DNA of 62,700 nucleotides from an uncultured Bacteroidales bacterium (GTDB taxonomy: Bacteria > Bacteroidota > Bacteroidia > Bacteroidales > WCHB1-69). The stretch spans positions 1-62,700 of the forward strand of contig CAJODA010000004.1 in the NCBI GenBank assembly GCA_905233745.1, read 5' to 3'. The notes under the pieces were generated by a model. It was not told the DNA's origin. It worked only from the letters and a program-made list of their open reading frames with translations, and ran no database searches. Below, in pieces: positions 54,800 through 62,700 of the stretch. Both the position numbers and the translations under genes were made by a program. Each line of letters starts with the position of its first letter. Position 1 is the stretch's first letter.

Positions 54800-55837
54800 T
54801 TGAAGAAGCAAGACATCCTTAAAGTCCAGACCGCCTTGCGCGACACGAAAAAGATCGCCATCGTATTCCATTTCAACCCTGACGGGGATGCAGTGGGCAG
54901 TGCCTTGGCGCTTTATCACTATTTCAAAGAGGACGGGTTTGAGGTATCGGTTATCTCTCCGAACCCGTTCCCCGACTTCCTGCACTGGATGCAGGGAAGT
55001 GATGAGATCATCATCGCCCAGAAGAATCTCACCAAGGCCAGAAAAGCCATCAAGAGTGCGGACATGTTGTTTGTGGTGGACATGAATGCGCCGCACCGTG
55101 CAGGACAGGACCTGCAGGGCAGCATTAGCAAATTCGGCGGATTCAAAGTGCTGATCGACCACCACGTGCAACCCGACATCCAATGCGACGTGATGTACTC
55201 CACGCACCTCACCAGCTCCGCCAGCGAACTGGTGTACCATTTCCTATACCGCTATCTGACCCCCAAACGCAAGTTCACACGCCCCATTGCAGAGGCTCTC
55301 TATGTCGGCATCATCACCGACACAGGCTCGCTGACCTATGCTTGTGACCGCCCGAGCACCTATGACGTGCTCCGCAAACTGATCGCCTCCGGCATCAACG
55401 GGGAAGCCATCCACCGGAAAGTGTACGACAACTACACCGAAAGCCGCATCAAGCTGCTCGGACTCGCCCTGTCGCAACGCCTTACCGTGATGCCCGAATA
55501 CGGCGCCTCCTACATGTACCTTACCAAACAGGATTTGCTGGACCACAACTTCCAGATTGGCGACACGGAGGGCTTTGTGAACTACGGACTCTCTATCAAT
55601 GTGGTGAAATTCACGGCATTCTTCACCGAACGCGACAACCGCGTGCGCGTTTCCTTCCGCTCACAAGGGGACTTCGATGTGAACCTCTTCGCCCGCAAGC
55701 ATTTCAACGGGGGTGGCCACCACAACGCCGCCGGCGCTTTCTACAATGGAGATATCCTCGATGCCATAAAGCATTTTGAAAATGTTGTCAAGAAAGAGGT
55801 CAAGCCTATCCGTAACATAAAATCCAAGAACAAATAG
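54800..55837 (+). CDS. nrnA: DHH/DHHA1 oligoribonuclease / pAp phosphatase
   Basis: HFNPDGD, IDHH, TDTG, GGGH; TTG start after a TATCTTTG box. Confidence 0.9.
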   Translation: MKKQDILKVQTALRDTKKIAIVFHFNPDGDAVGSALALYHYFKEDGFEVSVISPNPFPDFLHWMQGSDEIIIAQKNLTKARKAIKSADMLFVVDMNAPHRAGQDLQGSISKFGGFKVLIDHHVQPDIQCDVMYSTHLTSSASELVYHFLYRYLTPKRKFTRPIAEALYVGIITDTGSLTYACDRPSTYDVLRKLIASGINGEAIHRKVYDNYTESRIKLLGLALSQRLTVMPEYGASYMYLTKQDLLDHNFQIGDTEGFVNYGLSINVVKFTAFFTERDNRVRVSFRSQGDFDVNLFARKHFNGGGHHNAAGAFYNGDILDAIKHFENVVKKEVKPIRNIKSKNK

Positions 55838-56377
55838 ATGCGTACCAGCGTATCACATATCATCCTTTCCGCCATACTCCTCTGCGTCATCCTTGCCACC
55901 GGCTGCCGCGACAGGAGCACGGGGGAAGTCGTCACCAACAACAAAAAGGCCGCAGAAGACAGAGAGGCTCCCTATATTGAGGGCAACAAGAAAATCCTGC
56001 ATTGGGAAGACGAGGAGATGAGCCTTTTCATCAAACGTTACCGGTGGGACATGCAACGCACAGGTACGGGAATGTACATCCAAATCCTTGACCCCGGCCA
56101 AGGCGACACTTTCCAAGAGGGGGACAATATCACCCTTAAGTACAAGACCTTCCTCCTCAGCGGCGAGATGGTCTATGACTCGGAACACGACGGGGTGAAA
56201 AACTTTACGGTAGCCCGTTCAGAGGAGCTTGAGGCCCTGCACGAAGCCGCCCTCATGCTGCGCCCCGGCGCACGCGCCCGCCTCGTCATCCCCTCTTACC
56301 TGGCCTATGGCGTCAGCGGCGACGGCAACCGCATAAACGGCCGCCTCCCCATCGCCATGACGGTGGAAGTGCAGTGA
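55838..56377 (+). CDS. FKBP-type PPIase lipoprotein (GldI-like)
   Basis: ATGC lipobox; IPSYLAYGVSGD. Confidence 0.85.
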   Translation: MRTSVSHIILSAILLCVILATGCRDRSTGEVVTNNKKAAEDREAPYIEGNKKILHWEDEEMSLFIKRYRWDMQRTGTGMYIQILDPGQGDTFQEGDNITLKYKTFLLSGEMVYDSEHDGVKNFTVARSEELEALHEAALMLRPGARARLVIPSYLAYGVSGDGNRINGRLPIAMTVEVQ

Positions 56378-56384
56378 GAGACTG

Positions 56385-56433
56385 AAACATTAAAAACTTT
56401 ATAACTTTACGAACATTACAAACTTTATAAACC
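56385..56433. repeat. Intergenic nonamer repeat, same family as 2612-2657
   Basis: aaacattaa aaactttat aactttac gaacattac aaactttat aaacc. Confidence 0.7.
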
Positions 56434-56441
56434 AATATTTC

Positions 56442-57512
56442 ATGGAAGAAGAAAAATTTGAACAAGAAGAAAATGTCACAACGAATGATATTCAAGAAGA
56501 AATCAAAGAAGAAGTGACAGAAATTCAAGAAGAAGCAACCGAACCCGTTGCGGAAAAAGCCACCCCTGTAGAGGAGATACCGCCCACAGGCGATGACAAT
56601 GTGGAGAACCCCACCGCTCCGATTTCGAGAAAAAGGCTCTGGATCATCATAGCCGCTGTGATCGGCGTGTTGGCAGTGGCCGCACTGGTTTACTGCCTTA
56701 TTGGCGGATGCAGCAAATACAAAGGATTCAAGAAGGACCGCACCAGCGGCATCTATTACCAGTTCTATGGTGACATCCACGACACGGCCGCCATGCCGAA
56801 GACGGGAGACCTCATCGGCATTCTGTTTTCTTTACGCGCCGGCGACTCCCTGCTCATCCCGATGAGCCCGAACGAGATGCTGATGGACTCTCTGTACAAC
56901 GGAGACATCTACACAGCCCTGCGCATGATGCATGTGGGCGATTCCGCCTGCTTTATCATGGATGGCAAGGAGTTTTTCAAACATTTCATGCAGGATACGA
57001 TTTATCCTTTCGGCAACGACCCACTCTACTTTGAAGCGAAACTGTATGGCCTTATGCCAGCCGCCCAGTTCCAGCAGATGCGTGCCGAATACGAAAAGAT
57101 GATGCAAGACAAGCAGGCTGAAGAGGCCCAAAGCATTAAGGAGTATGTGGCCAAGAACAACATCAAAGTGGAACCCACTCCGGAAGGCATCTACATTGTA
57201 ACCACCAAGAAAGGCACCGGAGCACAACCTCAGCCCATGCAGGACGTAACCGTTCATTACACCGGCAAGTTCCTTAACGGAGAGGAATTTGACAGTTCCA
57301 AGAAGAGTGGCCAACCGTTCACCTTCACCTTGGGTTCCCGCCAAGTGATTCCTGGCTGGGAAATAGCCGTCTCCAAAATGCATGTCGGAGAGAAAGCCAC
57401 CGTGCTTATCCCCTCCGCATTCGCTTATGGAGACAGGGGGAACTACGGCATCCCTCCCTTCAGTCCTCTGGTATTTGACATTGAGGTGCTGAGTGTCAGC
57501 AACGGCGAATAA
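56442..57512 (+). CDS. Membrane-anchored FKBP-type PPIase with two FKBP-like domains
   Basis: VHYTGKFLNGEEFDSS, VIPGWE, IPSAFAYG; acidic N-terminus plus TM. Confidence 0.92.
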   Translation: MEEEKFEQEENVTTNDIQEEIKEEVTEIQEEATEPVAEKATPVEEIPPTGDDNVENPTAPISRKRLWIIIAAVIGVLAVAALVYCLIGGCSKYKGFKKDRTSGIYYQFYGDIHDTAAMPKTGDLIGILFSLRAGDSLLIPMSPNEMLMDSLYNGDIYTALRMMHVGDSACFIMDGKEFFKHFMQDTIYPFGNDPLYFEAKLYGLMPAAQFQQMRAEYEKMMQDKQAEEAQSIKEYVAKNNIKVEPTPEGIYIVTTKKGTGAQPQPMQDVTVHYTGKFLNGEEFDSSKKSGQPFTFTLGSRQVIPGWEIAVSKMHVGEKATVLIPSAFAYGDRGNYGIPPFSPLVFDIEVLSVSNGE

Positions 57513-57520
57513 TACTGAAC

Positions 57521-59197
57521 ATGAGAATTTCGACCCGACATATTATAACGCTCCTACTGGGGGTTGTGCTTCTGTTCTCTGCATCCTGCAAACGGAATAA
57601 AGATGCCGCAAGCAAACAGTTTCAGGGGAAGAAGCCTTCCCCTGAGGCTGTAACCTATACAGAAGGCCAGAAAGTGGATCTTCTGTCGATAGATACGGCA
57701 TATTACTACTATGGCATGGTCGAAGACAGCAGCTACATCTTCAAGATTGACAAAAAATCCCCAAGCTCCCTCTCAGGTCACTACTACCGGGTCGGCAACT
57801 CCGCCTGGGTGAAAGCGGAACCTTTCAAGATTACTTACAAGAACAGAAACTACTATTTTGAAAAGAACGGCGTTAAAAAGGAGATCCGCTTTTCCATCAC
57901 CATTGACACCGCATCCATCTTCGGTGATTTCACCACAACTCAGATCGGGCTTTTGGACAAGACCCTGGATTTTGAACGCTACCGCAAACCTTTGTATGTT
58001 GAATATGATTCCAAACGGTTCTGTGATTCCGCATTCCACGTAGACACGCAGACAGACGTGACTTACGGCAAGGCAAAGGGTTACTGGTGCTCTTATCCGC
58101 TCAACGACACCAAGTATCTGAAGATGATGACCAAGACTATTGGAAAAACGGCGTCACAGCGGAATCTGGACCTGGCCATGGATGTATATATGCCTGCTGA
58201 CGACACTATGAAGCTGCACCCTCTCATTATGTTCATCCATGGCGGTGCCTTCTATTTCGGTGACAAGGGCGAGTCCAACATGACAAACTATTGCAGGCAC
58301 TTTGCGGCAGAAGGCTATGTGACGGCTTCCATCAACTACCGTATGGGGTTCCTGTTCACAAAACCATCCATCCAGAAGTGCGGATACATAGCCATTCAAG
58401 ACGCCCACGCCGCCCTGCGTTATCTGGTCGCGAACGCCCGGAAATTCGGCATTGACACTACCGCGATTTTTGTCGCAGGTGCCAGCGCCGGAGCGATTAC
58501 CGCCATGAACGTGGCTTTGCTAACCAACAATACACGTCCCACATTTGTACATGATCTGAAGCTTGACCAAAAATTCGGAAAGTTGGAATCTTCCGGCAAC
58601 AATCTACACAACACCTTCAAAATAAAAGGAATCGCCAACCTGTGGGGCGCACTGTACGACCTTTCTGTCATCAAGAACAACCGCATCCCCATCATCTCCT
58701 TCCACGGCACAGAAGATGATATTGTCCCTTACGATGAAGGGATTCCCTTCTCATTTTTGACTTCAGGGATAGGAGGGCTTCTTTTCGACAAGATGTATGG
58801 ATCTAAATCCATCCACAAAAAGATGGACGAGCTGCACATCCACAACAAGTTCTACCCGATAGAGGGAGCCGGGCACTCGCCTTTCCAGGATCCGGACGGC
58901 AAACTCAACCAGCACTACTATTTTATTCAAAGCAAAATCAATGATTTCTTTTATGACCTGTTGTGCGGAAACTGCTCTGTATCTTACGACAAATTGAATC
59001 CACGGTCATTTTCCCTTTCCAACGACCACATCAAAGCCGTGAGCTGGGAGGCTAAAGGCGGGTTTATCACCAAGGTGGGCAAAAACAGCGTCGATGTAAT
59101 CTGGGCCAAAGACGCGCCCTCCTGCACACTGATTGTTTCCGGCCAATTGGACAACGGTGCCACTTTCACTAAGCAACTCCATATTAAAACTAAATAA
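57521..59197 (+). CDS. Lipoprotein alpha/beta hydrolase (esterase/lipase, HSL-like)
   Basis: SASC lipobox; HGGAF, GASAG, HGTEDDIVP, GAGH. Confidence 0.88.
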   Translation: MRISTRHIITLLLGVVLLFSASCKRNKDAASKQFQGKKPSPEAVTYTEGQKVDLLSIDTAYYYYGMVEDSSYIFKIDKKSPSSLSGHYYRVGNSAWVKAEPFKITYKNRNYYFEKNGVKKEIRFSITIDTASIFGDFTTTQIGLLDKTLDFERYRKPLYVEYDSKRFCDSAFHVDTQTDVTYGKAKGYWCSYPLNDTKYLKMMTKTIGKTASQRNLDLAMDVYMPADDTMKLHPLIMFIHGGAFYFGDKGESNMTNYCRHFAAEGYVTASINYRMGFLFTKPSIQKCGYIAIQDAHAALRYLVANARKFGIDTTAIFVAGASAGAITAMNVALLTNNTRPTFVHDLKLDQKFGKLESSGNNLHNTFKIKGIANLWGALYDLSVIKNNRIPIISFHGTEDDIVPYDEGIPFSFLTSGIGGLLFDKMYGSKSIHKKMDELHIHNKFYPIEGAGHSPFQDPDGKLNQHYYFIQSKINDFFYDLLCGNCSVSYDKLNPRSFSLSNDHIKAVSWEAKGGFITKVGKNSVDVIWAKDAPSCTLIVSGQLDNGATFTKQLHIKTK

Positions 59198-59205
59198 CCC
59201 AAATC

Positions 59206-61059
59206 ATGAGCAGAATCAAAGTGGCAAGACAGAATCGTTCCACCTTGAGAAGAGTGTTATTGATCTGCATTTGCATCTTATGTATCAGCGGATGCACCAA
59301 ACTGAAGGGAAAAGTCGAGCCAAAGCCGCACTGGTTCAAGTACTACAGCGTTTTTAACAACGGCGACTATCAAGCCTATTTTCAAGAGCATATGGGCATT
59401 GACAGCCTCTTTGCCGATGAACCTTACCGTGAATGGTTCTACGGGACAGAACCGAGCCCGGTTTGGACAGCCAACGGACTTCAGGAGCACCGGACCGATG
59501 CACTGTTGGAGCAACTGTCCCTTTCTTACGAGCATGGCATTCCATCCTCATTCTTCGGATATGACACCCTGGTGGCCAGTATCCGGCGTCTTCATGACCA
59601 CGAATTTCCCAACACCGACAGTCTCTACGCTGTTCTCTTCAATCTGGAGCACGCCCTCACCAAGGCATATGTGCAATATGCCCACGCACTGCAATTCGGC
59701 GCCACTGACCCCAAAGTGGTGAACGGCGGCAAATGGCTATATAAGATGATCCAGCCCGACAGCTCCTTCTACCGGCAGCTGGCAGACGGCATTGCAGAGG
59801 TGAGCAACACCTTAACCACCATGAAGCCTACCGACACTATATACCTGCGGTATCAGGAAGAGTTGCTACGGCTCTATCCTTTGAAGGATACATTGTTGGA
59901 GGAGATTCCCGTGAAGTCTGTCAAGAAGGGGCACACCAGCGACATCATCCCGCTGGTATGCCGCCGGCTGCGCCTCACCGGCGAACTGCCCGAAAACTAT
60001 CCCGACACCACCTTGCTAACCAGCCAGGTAATAGAGAGTATCAACCTGTTCAGAATCGCCAACAACATTCCCACCTGTGACTCTCTGGGCAAAGAGACTA
60101 TCGAGAAACTCAACCGGCCCGTCTCTTACTACCTTGACAAATTGAGCGCCAACATGGAACGGTTGCGCTGGCGCACGGCTGCCACAAAGGCAGATAATTT
60201 CATTGCGGTGAACATTCCCGATTTCACCTTGCAGGCTTTCGTTAATCAGAAGTGCGAGTTCAAGACGAAAATCTGCTGTGGAAAGACCCAGAACCCGAAA
60301 AATGACCCTTCGCGGGTGCACAACGGCATCACCAAAGCATACAAGGCCGAAACCCCGCTGCTGCACAGCGAAATCCGCCGTATCATTCTCAATCCCGAAT
60401 GGAATATCCCATACGACATCGTCAAGAATGAGTATTACTACAAACTGTGCAAAAACAACACGGCCGTCATCAACCGCGAACAGCTGTACATCATAGACAC
60501 ACGAACAGGGAAATATGTGGCTCCGGAGTCTATCGACTGGACCAAAATCAAGCGCAACAACATCCCCTACCGGCTGTTCCAAAGCTCCGGAAGGCACAAC
60601 GCCCTCGGTCTGGTCAAGTTCGACTTTGCCAACACCGAATCGGTATATTTGCACGACACGAACAACAAGGGCGCCTTCAAACGTCGTGTGCGCACCTTCA
60701 GCCACGGCTGCGTGCGCGTGGAGAACCCCTTCGACCTTGTTAACATTCTCTATGCCTACAACGAATTCGACGAATGGGAGCTGGAAAGACTGGGCATGGT
60801 TATGGGTGAGGAACCCATAACCAAGAAAGGCGAAAAGTATCTGGAGAAGATGGAGGAGAAAGAGACCGAACGCTATGAGAAACTTTCGGATGAGGAGAAG
60901 CTATACTACCGCAAGCTCCGCCCAACGCCCGTTCATCTTCCTAAAGCCATGCCCCTCTTCATCGAATATTACACCTGCTTCGTTGGCGACGACGGACAGA
61001 TGCAATACCGGGAAGACATCTATTACAAAGATGACAATATCTTGAATGTAATGAGATAA
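59206..61059 (+). CDS. L,D-transpeptidase (YcbB/LdtD-like)
   Basis: NMERLRW, VNIPDF, YLHDT, SHGCVRV. Confidence 0.9.
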   Translation: MSRIKVARQNRSTLRRVLLICICILCISGCTKLKGKVEPKPHWFKYYSVFNNGDYQAYFQEHMGIDSLFADEPYREWFYGTEPSPVWTANGLQEHRTDALLEQLSLSYEHGIPSSFFGYDTLVASIRRLHDHEFPNTDSLYAVLFNLEHALTKAYVQYAHALQFGATDPKVVNGGKWLYKMIQPDSSFYRQLADGIAEVSNTLTTMKPTDTIYLRYQEELLRLYPLKDTLLEEIPVKSVKKGHTSDIIPLVCRRLRLTGELPENYPDTTLLTSQVIESINLFRIANNIPTCDSLGKETIEKLNRPVSYYLDKLSANMERLRWRTAATKADNFIAVNIPDFTLQAFVNQKCEFKTKICCGKTQNPKNDPSRVHNGITKAYKAETPLLHSEIRRIILNPEWNIPYDIVKNEYYYKLCKNNTAVINREQLYIIDTRTGKYVAPESIDWTKIKRNNIPYRLFQSSGRHNALGLVKFDFANTESVYLHDTNNKGAFKRRVRTFSHGCVRVENPFDLVNILYAYNEFDEWELERLGMVMGEEPITKKGEKYLEKMEEKETERYEKLSDEEKLYYRKLRPTPVHLPKAMPLFIEYYTCFVGDDGQMQYREDIYYKDDNILNVMR

Positions 61060-61065
61060 TGCAAT

Positions 61066-61091
61066 AGGGGGCGCAAATTTTTGCGCCCCCT
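61066..61091. terminator. Hairpin between convergent genes
   Basis: agggggcgcaaa-tt-tttgcgccccct perfect inverted repeat. Confidence 0.75.
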
Positions 61092-61098
61092 CACTTTA

Positions 61099-62565
61099 TT
61101 ATTTCAATAATCTGAAGAACTCCATCAGAAGGTCCCAACACATCTGGACCGTCTTGATTTCAAGTTTTTCATCAGGCGAGTGCACGCCTCTAAGGGTCGG
61201 TCCTATGGAAACCATATCCAAGCCCGGATACTTCTCGGAGAAGAGACCGCATTCCAGACCGGCATGGATAGCCAGCACTTCCGGTTCCTTTTGGAAGAGA
61301 TTCTTGTACGCGTCAACCAGCACGCGGAGCACTTCGGAGTCCGGGTTAGGATTCCAGCCAGGATAACCGTCACCGGAAACCACATCAGCGCCAATCATCC
61401 AGAACGCGGTAGAGACCCTGTCCACAATCGCTTGCTTCTTGGACTCCACCGAGCTGCGCTGACTGGTAGTGATGATAATCTTATCGTCCACTTTCTTCAC
61501 AGAGGCCAGATTGGTGGAAGTCTCCACAAAGCCGGGGATATCCTGTGACATGGCCTGCACACCATGCGGGCACACAAGCAGAGCATTCAAGAGGTCAATC
61601 TGCAAAGACTCTTCAAGAACCATGTCCACTGCATCGGCCGGTTCGATGGTCAATGCAACACCGCTATCGGTCGTATGGAACTCACTCTTCAGTGTGGCAT
61701 CCATCTCTTTGACATAGGCTTCCAGGGATTCCGAATTGACAACAGGCACGGTCACTATTGCATGGCCTTCGCGTGCGATAGCGTTGCGCAGGTTACCGGC
61801 TTGAATGTCTGCCACGCGAATATCGTAATCGCAGTATGCATTCCAAAGCACGCGTGTGAGCAGTTTAACGGCATTACCACGGCCTTTGTTGATGTCATCA
61901 CCGGAGTGTCCGCCCTGCAAACCTTTCACCATAATTTTGTAGAAAGCGCATTCATTATCCTCAAGGTCTTTCACATTCTCATAGTCGCACTCCAGAGTTG
62001 CCACGGTATCTTTGCCGCCAGCGCAACCGATGAAGAACTGGCCTTCATCCTCAGAGTCAAGGTTGATGAGCATCTTGCCGCTCATGAAGCCGGCCTCCAA
62101 AGCCTTGGCACCACTAAGGCCTGTCTCCTCATCAATGGTGAAAAGGCACTCAATCGGGCCGTGTTGCAACTCCTTGTCGTCAAGAATTGCGAGTGCAATG
62201 GCCATGCCAATACCGTCATCTGCACCGAGGGTGGTACCTTTGGCCTTGAGCCACTCCCCATCCACATAGGTCTGAATGCCGTCCTTCTCAAAATCGAAGT
62301 TCACATCATTGTTCTTTTCACAAACCATATCCATGTGGGACTGGAAAATCACGGGAGTGACATTCTCCTTGCCTGGGGTGGCAGGCTTGGAAATCAGCAC
62401 ATTGCCGACCTTGTCGCGCTTGGTAGGCAGTCCGAGAGCCAAGCCGGTCTTCTCCAACCACTCCGATATTCTTTCCTCTTTTTTGGACGGGCGTGGAATC
62501 TTGGTAATCTCATTGAAATAGTAAAAAACCTTTGCAGGCTTTAGATTTAACATTTCTTCATTCAT
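61099..62565 (-). CDS. pepD: Second aminoacyl-histidine dipeptidase paralogue
   Basis: QSHMDMV, TTLGADDGIG, DEETGL, GGHSG, IHAGLECG. Confidence 0.93.
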   Translation of the reverse strand: MNEEMLNLKPAKVFYYFNEITKIPRPSKKEERISEWLEKTGLALGLPTKRDKVGNVLISKPATPGKENVTPVIFQSHMDMVCEKNNDVNFDFEKDGIQTYVDGEWLKAKGTTLGADDGIGMAIALAILDDKELQHGPIECLFTIDEETGLSGAKALEAGFMSGKMLINLDSEDEGQFFIGCAGGKDTVATLECDYENVKDLEDNECAFYKIMVKGLQGGHSGDDINKGRGNAVKLLTRVLWNAYCDYDIRVADIQAGNLRNAIAREGHAIVTVPVVNSESLEAYVKEMDATLKSEFHTTDSGVALTIEPADAVDMVLEESLQIDLLNALLVCPHGVQAMSQDIPGFVETSTNLASVKKVDDKIIITTSQRSSVESKKQAIVDRVSTAFWMIGADVVSGDGYPGWNPNPDSEVLRVLVDAYKNLFQKEPEVLAIHAGLECGLFSEKYPGLDMVSIGPTLRGVHSPDEKLEIKTVQMCWDLLMEFFRLLK

Positions 62566-62700
62566 AGTGAAAATATTTTAAGTTGATAAAAAATTCGAGG
62601 TGGCAAATGTACATAATTTATAAAATCGCACAGACGCATAAAAATAATACGCGCAAACCGCAGGATTCTGTATCTTTGTAATTTAATTCGCAAACAGTTA

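Noticed and set aside
61099-62565. Two pepD genes bracketing the window as an inversion boundary
   Set aside because: They are divergent paralogues, as is usual in Bacteroidales; no DNA-level repeat evident

Overview
AT-rich intergenic spacers, TAnnTTTG (-7) promoter boxes, T9SS cargo proteins and gene content point to chromosomal DNA of a Bacteroidales bacterium. Most of the window is housekeeping and envelope genes: pepD x2, queA, recQ, murA, PPi-type PFK, birA, a RecD-like helicase, rnfDGEA, nrnA, FKBP PPIases, an L,D-transpeptidase, tRNA-Arg(TCT) and tRNA-Pro(TGG). The standout is a compact 10-gene minus-strand block (39539-51717) between rnfA and the RecD-like helicase. It encodes an outer-membrane beta-barrel protein, a secreted protein, a zinc-ribbon/FHA protein with six repeated K-[KV]-T-x-x-hydrophobic motifs, a soluble RD kinase-FHA, an FHA-TM-trypsin protease, a secreted probable pseudo-trypsin, a membrane PP2C, two non-RD membrane Ser/Thr kinases and a BACON/OmpA-like protein. 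Together these look like an uncharacterised trans-envelope phospho-threonine/protease circuit. Other notable items: an ECF sigma fused to an anti-sigma-like TM domain whose putative promoter recurs inside the next gene ahead of a second signal peptide; a secreted LD-carboxypeptidase/VanX fusion; a ParE/RelE toxin broken by an amber codon; an AbiE-type module with operator repeats; heptamer/nonamer tandem repeats, one array co-opted as coding sequence; REP-like palindromes; and tandem T9SS paralogues. All family calls come from motif recognition by eye, not database searches.
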